This document shows, piece by piece, positions 9,410-18,836 of a stretch of 64,000 nucleotides of DNA. Numbering within the stretch: position 1 is the stretch's first letter; each line of letters begins with the position of its first letter. A program made the position numbers and the translations under genes. The notes beneath the pieces were generated by a model. That model saw nothing but the letters and a program-made list of their open reading frames with translations. It searched no databases and had not been told where the DNA came from. Source of the DNA: Gemmatimonadaceae bacterium (GTDB taxonomy: Bacteria; Gemmatimonadota; Gemmatimonadetes; Gemmatimonadales; Gemmatimonadaceae); assembly GCA_051859245.1 (NCBI GenBank), contig JBHYGA010000005.1:416001-480000 (forward strand), read 5' to 3'.

Positions 9410-9891
9410 CGAAAACGACAGTCGGTCAGATTGTAACGGCTCTCGTGGCCACGTTGTTTATCGTTGGCGCGTGGGTAAATCCACCTTCCGGTTTTCGCGA
9501 ACTATCCGCGAATCCATGCGTCGGCAGTCCAGACGCAAACACTCTTATGATTCGAGATGTCGCGAGAAGTTTTGTCACTCGCTCAGACTCAACAGATGTG
9601 GAGTGGAGAACAGAGTTCGGAGTGCAAACTTGGACTGCGGACAGTGTGGTGGCGACTGTCGATTCCGTCGTCTGCACACGCATTGACTCGTTGATCACGA
9701 GTTGGCTATTGTCGCCAGCTGGGGTTTCCTCAGGGGCGACTAAAGCTCCGTACTGGGGGCCACTGGTCGTGGTCCGCCTGAACCCAGGCAAGTACTACGC
9801 GTGGCCTTCATTTGTCGACAATGGCTGGGAGTACAATTTCATAGTCGATTCCGTCGGTGGTGACGTGCGATTCTTTAAGTCGCCCTGGTAG
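9394..9891 (+). CDS. Hypothetical exported protein, candidate immunity protein
   Basis: Overlaps upstream ORF, AGGAGG RBS, N-terminal hydrophobic helix, two Cys. Confidence 0.55.
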   Translation: MQPTITKTTVGQIVTALVATLFIVGAWVNPPSGFRELSANPCVGSPDANTLMIRDVARSFVTRSDSTDVEWRTEFGVQTWTADSVVATVDSVVCTRIDSLITSWLLSPAGVSSGATKAPYWGPLVVVRLNPGKYYAWPSFVDNGWEYNFIVDSVGGDVRFFKSPW

Positions 9892-9919
9892 CAGCGCCGA
9901 TACACCAAGGTGTTTGTTC

Positions 9920-10190
9920 ATGACCAGAATTCGGCTGTTGTTGACGCTCGGCTTTGCCATGCTGATTGGATCGCTCTCACTGAGCAGTAGCTGGTCGGCG
10001 TACGAAAGTTCGGCAAACCCATGCGCGGGACTTCTGAACGGGAACTTTGAGCTGGCGACTTCCCGATCGCAGAGCTTAGCAGTCGATCCGGATTCTGGTT
10101 ATGCAGATATGCGAACTCGGTACAACTTGTTGTAGTGGCCCGAAGTCGGCCGTCACCGCCACGCGGGACTCGGTAGTGTGCAGCGGAAAC
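9920..10190 (+). pseudogene. Disrupted paralog of the 9394-9891 gene
   Basis: SANPC motif shared; TAG at 10133-10135, then shifted frame gives PKSAVTATRDSVVCS matching TADSVVATVDSVVCT. Confidence 0.7.
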
Positions 10191-10293
10191 GTACGTTTTT
10201 TACGAACGCCCGGTTAGCGAGATCGACTTGACTGCGCCAATCGGTCGGATGAGTTAAAAGTCACGCTCGCGTCCGGCGACCCAAAGCGCTATC

Positions 10294-11595
10294 GTGGTCG
10301 GTATGAACACCCGCGCCACTCTCGCGCAAACGCTCGTACGAACGATCGGTTTGGCGGCCCTGATTCTCATGCCGGCGACAGCTTCCTCGCAGCCTGTCGC
10401 GGACGTACGCCTGCGCGTCTTTCTCGACTGCCCGAGCGGTGGCTGCGATCGCAACTTTATCGTCAACGAACATCCGTACGCGATCTGGACGCAGGATCGC
10501 CTCGATGCCGACATTCACTTGCTCATCACGCGCCTCACCACTGGTGCGGGCGGCAACGCATACACGCTGCAGTTCATCGCCCAGCGCCGATTGTCGGCCG
10601 ATGTTGATACGCTTGAAGTCAGCGTTCCGCCGAACGTGAGCGATGACATGGAGCGTCGCGCGCTCGCGCGCACGATCAACATAGGCCTCGCGGCAAACGC
10701 AGCACGATTTGTTGGCGCAGACCAGTTCACCGTCGCGTACGCACCGCCGGAATCCGCGGAAGCCGAGGCCTCTGCGGAACTGTCAGACAAGTGGAATTTG
10801 TGGGTCTATCGGTTTCGGCTCAGTGGCGACGGCAACGCCGAAAGTCGCGCCAGCGAATACGAACTCTCCGGCGAGTTCAGCGCCACGCGCGTGACGGAAG
10901 ACTGGAAGTTGACGTTCGACGGAGAAAACGAATACGAAGCCGAGCAGTTCACGCTGCGTGATGGCACCGAACGTGAGTTTGTGTTGCGCAGCGCCGATGT
11001 AAACGCGCGCGCGGTGAAGAGCCTCACACAACACTGGTCCGTAGGCACACAACTCGGCGGTGGCTTGTCGGAGTTCAACAATCAGGATGCGTCGGCCAAG
11101 TTTGATGTGTCGGCCGAGTACAACGTGTTCCCGTGGTCGGAAGCCACAAGCCGACAGTTGATTGCGCTTGTCGCACTCGGCGGTCGCTACTACGACTACC
11201 GCGAGATCACACTGTTCGATCGGACAAGCGAGCTTCGTCCGGTGGCGCAGGCCGTTGTGGCCGGTGAGTCGCGTCTCGCCTGGGGCACCGTTGATGGATC
11301 GCTGCGCTACACGCAGTTCCTGCACGACCTTGAGCGCTACAATCTGTCGTTTTACGCGCGCAGTGAGTTTCGCCTGACACGCGGTTTGTCACTCGATATC
11401 AGCGCGGAAGCGGCCAAGGTGCAGGATCAGTTGTATCTGCCGCGCGGCGAAGCGAGCAACGATGAAGTGCTCACGCGCCAGCGGGCACTTGCCACGGCGT
11501 ATCGACTCAGCGCATCAGTTGGCGTGAGCTTCACCTTTGGCTCGATCTACAACACGATTGTCAATCCGCGATTGAACGAGCTGGGGAATAACTGA
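10294..11595 (+). CDS. Putative outer-membrane beta-barrel protein
   Basis: Signal peptide; VFLDC..C N-domain; amphipathic strands; ends SFTFGSIYNTIVNPR (ATG 10303 alternative start). Confidence 0.65.
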   Translation: MVGMNTRATLAQTLVRTIGLAALILMPATASSQPVADVRLRVFLDCPSGGCDRNFIVNEHPYAIWTQDRLDADIHLLITRLTTGAGGNAYTLQFIAQRRLSADVDTLEVSVPPNVSDDMERRALARTINIGLAANAARFVGADQFTVAYAPPESAEAEASAELSDKWNLWVYRFRLSGDGNAESRASEYELSGEFSATRVTEDWKLTFDGENEYEAEQFTLRDGTEREFVLRSADVNARAVKSLTQHWSVGTQLGGGLSEFNNQDASAKFDVSAEYNVFPWSEATSRQLIALVALGGRYYDYREITLFDRTSELRPVAQAVVAGESRLAWGTVDGSLRYTQFLHDLERYNLSFYARSEFRLTRGLSLDISAEAAKVQDQLYLPRGEASNDEVLTRQRALATAYRLSASVGVSFTFGSIYNTIVNPRLNELGNN

Positions 11596-11778
11596 CAGCA
11601 GGCGCGAAAGTTTGCGCCATCGCCCTTATGTCGTAATGGTCGGTTTGCGCTTCGCAACCTATTGATTCCGCGCGACACATTCCGGTGCTCGTCGCAGGCA
11701 GCAGCGAGCCCATCATTCCCCTGAGAATCACCGAGGTGGCGCGTGGGGGAACGTCCACACGAAAGGATTGACATTTGT

Positions 11779-11898
11779 ATGGACAAATGCGAGAATGAGT
11801 ATAGGCGCGTTTTCATTCGTCCGATCAGCGCCCGTTACATGCATCAACGAGAGGTAGATGCGTATACCACGCAAAAAGATCCCGACGTTCAAGACTGA
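11779..11898 (+). pseudogene. BrnT-like toxin remnant (C-terminal part only)
   Basis: IRPISARYMHQREVDAY overlapping antitoxin start; frame closed by TGA at 11722-11724 and no BrnT N-terminus. Confidence 0.65.
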
Positions 11899-12136
11899 TC
11901 GTGATGCTGAAGATTTCGTCGCCTCGGCCGACCTCTCCGAGTTCGATCTGTCGGGCTTTCGGCCGGTTCGTTTTGAGTACGAGGCGAAGGGCGCGAAAGT
12001 GAACATGAGGTTGCCCGAATCACTGCTTGCTGCGGTCAAACACCGGGCAACGCTGCTCGGCATCCCGTATCAGCGATTTATTCGAGATGTACTGGAGCGC
12101 GCGGTTACTTCGACACCACCCACCAAGCAGCGCTAA
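11858..12136 (+). CDS. BrnA/CopG-like ribbon-helix-helix antitoxin
   Basis: PTFKTDRDAEDF..ADLS; KVNMRLPESLL..VK..A...GIPYQRFIR. Confidence 0.8.
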   Translation: MRIPRKKIPTFKTDRDAEDFVASADLSEFDLSGFRPVRFEYEAKGAKVNMRLPESLLAAVKHRATLLGIPYQRFIRDVLERAVTSTPPTKQR

Positions 12137-12150
12137 GCACAGACTGACGT

Positions 12151-13338
12151 CTACGCTTGCTCCACAATCCGGTCAATCAGGAAGCGCGACTGCTCAAGCG
12201 CCTCACCGGTAAACTCGCCAAAGTACGCGCGCACGTCCTCGAACACCGCGTCAAACTTCGCCTGATCGCCCTCGGCGAGAATGCGCGTGAGATCTTCCGT
12301 CGCAGACTGAAACGCCGCCGTCACGTCTGCCGTGCGCGGGTTCAGCATTTCGATCGGACCGTACAGCACCGACGACTGCGCGAAGTGCCGAGCGGCTACG
12401 TACAACTCTAGTAAATACGCGGGCGAGGTGTACGGACGTGTCTCCGCGATCGGAATGCCGAGGCGCGCGAGCGTGAGACCGAACACCTGTGTCTGAAAGT
12501 GCGTGAGTACCTGCACCACACTCATCGCGGTGTCGTGCTGCTCGGCCGTTGCCTCGGCCACGATCAAACCACGCGACGCAAACGCGTGTTGCACCCAGTC
12601 GTACCACGCGTCGCCACGACCGCGGCACAGCACCACACGTTGACCCTGTAGTGTGTGCACGCCAGGCCCAAACATCGGGTGCGTGCCTACAACGCTCGCG
12701 CGCGTGTGCGCCAGCATGGCCGCAACCGGTGCACTCTTGATGCTGGTCACGTCCATCAGCAATGCATCATCGTGCATATGCGGACCGATCTCGGCAATCA
12801 CCTGTTCGGTCACACCGATTGGCACGCAGATAATCACGACGTCGGACATCTGCGCTGCCGCCGTGGCAGTGAGCGTGGTGTCTAGGTCCACCGCCAACAC
12901 GTTGTGTCCCAGGTCGCCGAATAAACGCACCAGCAACTGACCAAACTCGCCGCGCGCACCAATCACTGACACCGTGCGTACGACCTGATCGACAGGGACT
13001 TCGGCACGCAGTGCGGACTGATGATCGCGACTGGCGCGCAGCAATACGCGAAAAATGGATTCGATCTCGTCGCGCGGCAGCCCGAGTCGGTGCGCACGTT
13101 CCGCGCGATCGGCCAGTACCGATTGTTCGCGCGTTGCATCGCGCACCTTGAGCCCGTGCAGTCGCTTGTACGCCGCCACTTCACTCACGAGTGACATGCG
13201 GCGGCTGAGGAGCTGCAACAGTTCGCGGTCCAGCGCGTCGATCATCGCGCGTACAACGGGGAGCGGACGCGGTGGTGCGTCGCCCGTGAGATCGCTCGTG
13301 TCGGGTGAGGACGTGCTTGCCGAGTCGTGAGTACTCAC
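12151..13338 (-). CDS. tyrA: Bifunctional chorismate mutase / prephenate dehydrogenase
   Basis: AroQ domain (RAMIDALDRELLQLLSRR...RDATRE); IGARGEFG, DVTSIK, HPMFGP. Confidence 0.88.
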   Translation of the reverse strand: MSTHDSASTSSPDTSDLTGDAPPRPLPVVRAMIDALDRELLQLLSRRMSLVSEVAAYKRLHGLKVRDATREQSVLADRAERAHRLGLPRDEIESIFRVLLRASRDHQSALRAEVPVDQVVRTVSVIGARGEFGQLLVRLFGDLGHNVLAVDLDTTLTATAAAQMSDVVIICVPIGVTEQVIAEIGPHMHDDALLMDVTSIKSAPVAAMLAHTRASVVGTHPMFGPGVHTLQGQRVVLCRGRGDAWYDWVQHAFASRGLIVAEATAEQHDTAMSVVQVLTHFQTQVFGLTLARLGIPIAETRPYTSPAYLLELYVAARHFAQSSVLYGPIEMLNPRTADVTAAFQSATEDLTRILAEGDQAKFDAVFEDVRAYFGEFTGEALEQSRFLIDRIVEQA

Positions 13339-14438
13339 GCCGCCATCACAGGCAACGCACCACGACCCGCGCGTGTGATCACGCCGCCGCCGAGCACGAC
13401 GTCGCCGTCGTAGAGCACCAACGACTGGCCGGGTGCAACGCCTTGCACGGACTCAGACAGCACCACTTCAATCGACTCATTGTCCGCGCGCAGCACAGTG
13501 CTCGGCACAATCGCGCCGCGATGCCGCACCTGCACCTGCACCAACGCACCTTCCGCTGGCTGCGGGGCAAGCCAGTTGATCTGATGCGCAGACACACGAT
13601 TCCGCGCCAACGACGAACGCGGGCCTACCACCACCTCACGCGTCGCAGCGCGAATCTCGGTGACAAACCACGGTTCACTCACGCCACCAGGTAAACCTTT
13701 GCGCTGTCCGATGGTGAAGCGCGCAAAGCCCTGATGCTCACCCAGTACACGACCATCTTCGGTGACAATGCGTCCCGGAGAGAGCGCTGCTGCATCGGGT
13801 GGCAGATGCTGCTTGAGAATCTCAATGTGATCACCCTGCGGCACAAAACAGATGTCCATGCTCTCGGGCTTGTTCGCCGTGCGCAATCCAAAGCGCCGCG
13901 CGGCTGCACGCGTTTCATCCTTGGTCCAGTCACCAACTGGCAACAGCAATCGACTCAGCACCGGCTGCGGCATGCCCCACAAGAAATAACTCTGGTCTTT
14001 GGCGGCATCGCGACCGCGCAGCAACACGCGACCGTGCGGCGTGTCTGCCAATCGTCCGTAATGACCGGTGGCAATCCACTGCGCATCAATGGCATCGGCC
14101 TTCACCACGAGATCGCGGAACTTGGTGAAGGTGTTGCAGCGCACGCACGGGATTGGTGTGCGACCCGCGGCGTACTCGCTCACAAAATCGTTGAACACAT
14201 CGCGCGTGAACACGTCAACGAGATTCAGCACGTAGTGCGGCACACCCAACTGCTCGCACACTCGGCGTGCATCGCTCGTGGCATCGAGCGAGCAGCACGG
14301 CTTGTCGGGCAACTCGGCGCCGTCTTCGTGCAGCTTCATGGTCACGCCAACCACGTCGTACCCCTGCTCGAGGAGCACGGCGGCCGCCACTGAAGAATCC
14401 ACGCCGCCTGACATCGCGACCACGACACGCTCACGCAT
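13335..14438 (-). CDS. mnmA: tRNA 2-thiouridylase MnmA
   Basis: AMSGGVDSS, TPIPCVRCN, ATGHY, KDQSYFL, ESMDICF, TIGQRKGL; start set at ATG 14438. Confidence 0.95.
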   Translation of the reverse strand: MRERVVVAMSGGVDSSVAAAVLLEQGYDVVGVTMKLHEDGAELPDKPCCSLDATSDARRVCEQLGVPHYVLNLVDVFTRDVFNDFVSEYAAGRTPIPCVRCNTFTKFRDLVVKADAIDAQWIATGHYGRLADTPHGRVLLRGRDAAKDQSYFLWGMPQPVLSRLLLPVGDWTKDETRAAARRFGLRTANKPESMDICFVPQGDHIEILKQHLPPDAAALSPGRIVTEDGRVLGEHQGFARFTIGQRKGLPGGVSEPWFVTEIRAATREVVVGPRSSLARNRVSAHQINWLAPQPAEGALVQVQVRHRGAIVPSTVLRADNESIEVVLSESVQGVAPGQSLVLYDGDVVLGGGVITRAGRGALPVMAA

Positions 14439-14440
14439 CA

Positions 14441-15601
14441 CTAAACCGTGGCGAACCCGCGCGACTTGCGCGCCAGCGTGATGAGTACGTCGGCGGCGCG
14501 ATCCACGTTCTCTTCGGTGCTGAGCGCGCCAAATGAGAGGCGCAGTGCGCCGCTTGCGACTTCTGGTGCCACGTGCATGGCCTGCAACACGTGCGACATG
14601 CCCACGCTGCCGCTCTGACATGCGGAACCACCAGACGCCTGAATGCCGCGTAGGTCGAGTGCCATGAGCAACGTTTCTGCGTCGGTGCCGGGAATGCTCA
14701 GGTTCGTCACGTGTGGTGCACGCGGCGCATTGGCGCCCTGAATTACCACATCGGGGAGCGCGTCACGTACGCGTGCTTCCAGTCGCTCGCGCAACGCGAG
14801 CAAATGCGCCACGTCGGCTTCGCGCTCTTTCACCGCCAGCTCGCACGCCACGGCGAGGCCAATGGCGTACGGTACATTCTCGGTTCCGGCACGACGTCCG
14901 CGATCCTGACTACCGCCGTGCAACATGGGTTCGAGCTGCACGCCGCGACGAATGAACAGCGCACCAATGCCCTTAGGCGCGCCAATCTTGTGTCCGCTGA
15001 GCGTGAGCAGATCCACTGGCAACGAGCGCATGTCAAAGGCAATCTTGCCAAACGCCTGAACGGCATCGGTGTGCATCAGCGCGCCAGCGGCTTTGGCGAC
15101 GTTGGTGAGCGCGGGAATGTCCTGCACCACGCCGATCTCGTTGTTCACCCACATCACGCTGGCCACGGCGAGCGATGCATCGCAGGACCGCGTGAACGCT
15201 TCCATGTCGACGATGCCGTCGCGCGACACCGAGGCAAAGCGTTCTTCACCGCCTTCGCGCACGACCTGATGACAGGCGGCCAGGACGGCCTTGTGCTCAA
15301 TGGGCGTGGAGAGCACGGCGTTGCGGCCAGACGCGCGCGCGGCACGCCACGCGCCGATAACGGCAAAGTTGTCGCCCTCGGTGCCACACGAGGTAAAACA
15401 GACCTCGTCGGGGTGCGCACCCAGAGTGGCGGCGACGCGCTCGCGCGCTTCATCGAGTGCCACGCGCGCTTCCCGCCCCAGCCGGTGCACGCTGGACGGA
15501 TTGCCAAAGCGCGTCGAGAACCACGGCATCATGGCGTCGAGCACTTCGCTTCGCACGGGCGTCGTAGCCGCGTGGTCGAGATACACGGGGGAGTGGCTCA
15601 T
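14441..15601 (-). CDS. iscS: Cysteine desulfurase (IscS/NifS family)
   Basis: YLDHAATTP, GNPSS, HTDAVQ, SGHK (PLP Lys), GSAC. Confidence 0.92.
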   Translation of the reverse strand: MSHSPVYLDHAATTPVRSEVLDAMMPWFSTRFGNPSSVHRLGREARVALDEARERVAATLGAHPDEVCFTSCGTEGDNFAVIGAWRAARASGRNAVLSTPIEHKAVLAACHQVVREGGEERFASVSRDGIVDMEAFTRSCDASLAVASVMWVNNEIGVVQDIPALTNVAKAAGALMHTDAVQAFGKIAFDMRSLPVDLLTLSGHKIGAPKGIGALFIRRGVQLEPMLHGGSQDRGRRAGTENVPYAIGLAVACELAVKEREADVAHLLALRERLEARVRDALPDVVIQGANAPRAPHVTNLSIPGTDAETLLMALDLRGIQASGGSACQSGSVGMSHVLQAMHVAPEVASGALRLSFGALSTEENVDRAADVLITLARKSRGFATV

Positions 15602-15728
15602 CCTGATTAAATTATCCGGTGTCGGGGCGTGTGCCTACCTCGGGCGGCAGGTTCCTCCTCCGATTCTGCGCATGAGTGGGCCCGCAGCCGTCATCGCTGG
15701 TCCAGCGCTGTCTCCCTCCGACTTTTGC

Positions 15729-16835
15729 ATGTTCACCACCTGCTACGTCTGCGCCGCACTGCTGGAGCGCAATCAGGTCCTCGAGGAGATGCCGGTGGGG
15801 CGCCGTCTGGCGTTCAACCAGCGCACGGGGCGCCTGTGGGTGGTCTGCCGTCAGTGTGAGCGGTGGAACCTGTCGCCGCTCGAAGAACGCTGGGAGGCGA
15901 TTGAGGCCTGCGAACGCCTGTTTCGTGATACGCGGCTGCGTGTGAGCACGGACAACATTGGTCTGGCGCGCGTGCGCGGCGGGCTGGATCTGGTGCGCAT
16001 TGGGGAACCGCAGCGTCCGGAGTTTGCGGGGTGGCGGTATGGCGATCAGTTCGGGCGGCGGCGCAAGCGGAACGCAGTGGTCGCGGGCGCGGCGGTTGGT
16101 GCCACTGGACTGGCATTTGTGGGCGGAGCAGCCGTTGGCCTCTTTACCGTGGGCACCACATTTCAGCTGTATCTGCACCGTCAGCGGCTTACCGACTATC
16201 TGATGTTTGGTTCGTCAACCGCGATTGTTGCACGATTCACGGACGCCGAGGGGAAGCTGCGTTTTGTAGAGCGAGGTCAGGCGCGTTCTGCAGCGCTTGT
16301 GCGTGCGAGCAGCGAATCAGACGCATTCAGTTTGCACGTACCGCACACACGAGGCATTGCGATTGTGGAAGGCGCAGACGCCGTTCGGCTCGCCCACACG
16401 ATTCTTCCAGTGGTGAACAAGTTTGGTGGCACTGCGGCCGTGGTGCAGGACGCTGTGCGCGTTGTAGAGGACGCGGGCAGCGCCGACGAAGCGCTGCGCT
16501 ACATCGCACGATCACGAGGACGTTCGCGAGAACAGCGTGAGCAAAAGTTTGCCGCGATTGTCGAGAAAGACATGGGGCAATCGCCACCATTCGCACTGCG
16601 CGGACTGCCGGTAGCGATTCGCCTCGCCCTCGAAATGTCGCTGCACGAAGACGCTGAACGGCGCGCAATGGACGGTGAGCTGGCGCAACTCGAAGCCGCC
16701 TGGCGCAACGCGGAGGAACTTGCGGGCATTGCGGATTCGCTGGTGGAACCCGAACAGCTGCAGTCACGTATCGAGACACTGCGACGCGCGACTTCGCATA
16801 ATGCAGCAATGAACACATCGGGCGACACAGCATGA
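15729..16835 (+). CDS. Hypothetical membrane protein with N-terminal Zn-ribbon (paralog 1)
   Basis: CYVC...CRQCERWNL; central hydrophobic segment; start inferred from paralog alignment. Confidence 0.7.
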   Translation: MFTTCYVCAALLERNQVLEEMPVGRRLAFNQRTGRLWVVCRQCERWNLSPLEERWEAIEACERLFRDTRLRVSTDNIGLARVRGGLDLVRIGEPQRPEFAGWRYGDQFGRRRKRNAVVAGAAVGATGLAFVGGAAVGLFTVGTTFQLYLHRQRLTDYLMFGSSTAIVARFTDAEGKLRFVERGQARSAALVRASSESDAFSLHVPHTRGIAIVEGADAVRLAHTILPVVNKFGGTAAVVQDAVRVVEDAGSADEALRYIARSRGRSREQREQKFAAIVEKDMGQSPPFALRGLPVAIRLALEMSLHEDAERRAMDGELAQLEAAWRNAEELAGIADSLVEPEQLQSRIETLRRATSHNAAMNTSGDTA

Positions 16836-17935
16836 CGGTACCGGCACACACAGACTCCATGTACACGCACTGTGTGCATTGCAACGCGTCACTCGGCAAG
16901 AACGACGTGCTCGAAGCGTTTCCCGTGGGCGAACGCGTGGCGTTTGACGAGAACAAAGGCCGGTTGTGGGTGGTGTGTCGCAAGTGCGAACGCTGGAACC
17001 TCGCGCCGTTCGAATCGCGATGGGAAGCGATTGAGCAGGCCGAGCGCGCGTATCGCAGCACCAACGTTCGCATGGCCACGGACAACATCGGGCTCGCCAA
17101 ATGGCGTGATGGCACCACACTCGTGCGTGTTGGGCGCCCACTGCGTCCGGAGTTTGCCGCGTGGCGGTACGGTGATCAGTTCGGGCGACGTCGCCGGCGC
17201 ACAGTGATCGGCGCCTCCGTGCTCGCGGCCGGTGGAGTGGCCGTAGTGAGCGGCGCGGTGGCCTCAGGCGTTGGCCTGGTAGCACTGCTGCCAATCGTGC
17301 ACGCGGTGAACATGGTGACGCTGCTTCGCAACCAACGCGCGGGCTTCACGCCACTCGCGCACCCCGACGGTGATTATTTCCTGCCGTTTGGCGTACCGAA
17401 GTTGATTGCCGGAACGCGCGGTGCGAATGACTGGGCGATCGAGATCGGATGGGTGCGCCGCATGCAGGAGCCACGCATGACCCTCAAGTCGTGGTTTGGC
17501 AACGGTCAGAACTCCGAACAGGGACGCGTGGTGCTTACGGACGCGCTGGCGCGTGATGCGTTGTCAAAGTTGCTGCTGCGCGTGAACTCGGGCGGTGCTT
17601 CAAGTGCACGCGTGCAAGACGCCGTCAGCATGATTGAAAACGCGGGTGGCCCCGACCAGATGATGTCGTGGGCCGTCACCCAGCGTAATGTGTGGGGCGC
17701 CAAACAATACTTCGGCGACACGGGCGATCTGCAATACATCCCAACCGAAGCGCGTCTCGCGATTGAAATGTCGGTGCATGAAGAACGCGAGCGGCTCGCG
17801 CTCCTCGGCGAACTCGCCGAACTCGAACGCGCGTGGATGGACGCCGAGCGTATCGCCAACATTTCCGACAACCTGCTGGTCGATCCCATCACTCAAAACA
17901 CGTTCGAAACAATGCGAGACCAGCACCGCGACTAA
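16832..17935 (+). CDS. Hypothetical membrane protein with N-terminal Zn-ribbon (paralog 2)
   Basis: CVHC...CRKCERWNL; same architecture; ATGA overlap with paralog 1. Confidence 0.75.
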   Translation: MTVPAHTDSMYTHCVHCNASLGKNDVLEAFPVGERVAFDENKGRLWVVCRKCERWNLAPFESRWEAIEQAERAYRSTNVRMATDNIGLAKWRDGTTLVRVGRPLRPEFAAWRYGDQFGRRRRRTVIGASVLAAGGVAVVSGAVASGVGLVALLPIVHAVNMVTLLRNQRAGFTPLAHPDGDYFLPFGVPKLIAGTRGANDWAIEIGWVRRMQEPRMTLKSWFGNGQNSEQGRVVLTDALARDALSKLLLRVNSGGASSARVQDAVSMIENAGGPDQMMSWAVTQRNVWGAKQYFGDTGDLQYIPTEARLAIEMSVHEERERLALLGELAELERAWMDAERIANISDNLLVDPITQNTFETMRDQHRD

Positions 17936-17941
17936 TCAGTT

Positions 17942-18090
17942 TTCGTGTCCTTCGTGCTTTCGTGTCCTTCCCGCCGCAGTTCCCCCAGCATTAGGCGCAT
18001 CTAGCGTTGAAGCATTCATGCTCCGGCCGGCAAGGGAACTGCGGCGGGAAGGACACGAAAGCACGAAGGACACGAAGAAGGGCAACTGCG
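17942..18090. repeat. Palindromic element B, perfect 43-bp inverted arms
   Basis: 17942-17984 is the exact reverse complement of 18034-18076; between convergent genes. Confidence 0.95.
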
Positions 18091-18095
18091 AAAAA

Positions 18096-18806
18096 CTAGG
18101 TAACTACGCGTAGGAGCGCGCGCACCGGCGCCGCATCGATTCCCTGAATGAGCATGGGGAGTGCGCGCAGTTCGTAGGCGCCGGGCGCGACGTCGCGCAG
18201 GTCGAGATTTTCGAGCACCCACGCGCCGTGATCGAAGCAGGCGGAGTGAGTGGAGAGTGTTTTGGCTTCACGGGCGTCAACGCTTGGCGCGTCGGTGCCG
18301 AGCAGTCGAAGGCCGCGGAGCACGCACTCGCGTGCCGCGTCTGCGTCAAGCCAGGACCAGGCCGTGGGAAACTTGCCTTCGGCCACACACGCGCCCGTGC
18401 GCAGAAAAATTCGCAGCGGATCTTCTACGCGCAGACGGTCACGCAGCTGCTCCAGCGTGATGGCTTCTTTCAGGTCGCGCACATCAACAATGTGCACCAG
18501 TCCATTGAATGGCAGCACTGGCAGGGAATCACTGGAGCGACCGGTGTCACTCACATGCAACGGCGCATCGGCATGCGTGCCGTTGTGTGGGCTGAACGTG
18601 ACCGATGACAGGTTCACACTATCGCCACGATCACGTTTCATGGTCCAGCCGCACGACATGTTCACATCGCCGGGCCAGCCGGGAGTGCGCGGGTCGAACG
18701 GCACGGTGGCGTCGAACCAGCCGTCGTCGCGGGGAATGGCGTTCCGCCACTCCGTTTCGAGTCGCTGCTGCGCACGCATGGCGGCTTCGCGAAGCGCCTC
18801 ACTCAT
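18096..18806 (-). CDS. kynB: Kynurenine formamidase (cyclase family)
   Basis: HNGTHADAP, GTDAPSVD, LENL; adjacent to kynA. Confidence 0.85.
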   Translation of the reverse strand: MSEALREAAMRAQQRLETEWRNAIPRDDGWFDATVPFDPRTPGWPGDVNMSCGWTMKRDRGDSVNLSSVTFSPHNGTHADAPLHVSDTGRSSDSLPVLPFNGLVHIVDVRDLKEAITLEQLRDRLRVEDPLRIFLRTGACVAEGKFPTAWSWLDADAARECVLRGLRLLGTDAPSVDAREAKTLSTHSACFDHGAWVLENLDLRDVAPGAYELRALPMLIQGIDAAPVRALLRVVT

Positions 18807-18836
18807 GACGCATTCCTTGACCGCCCGTTGCGCTGC

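Noticed and set aside
17688..18222. Short ORFs sharing LPAAVP (also 45566-45844) or SLRLCVS (1541-1732, 57205-57942)
   Set aside because: Similarity comes from translating the DNA palindromes, not from a protein family
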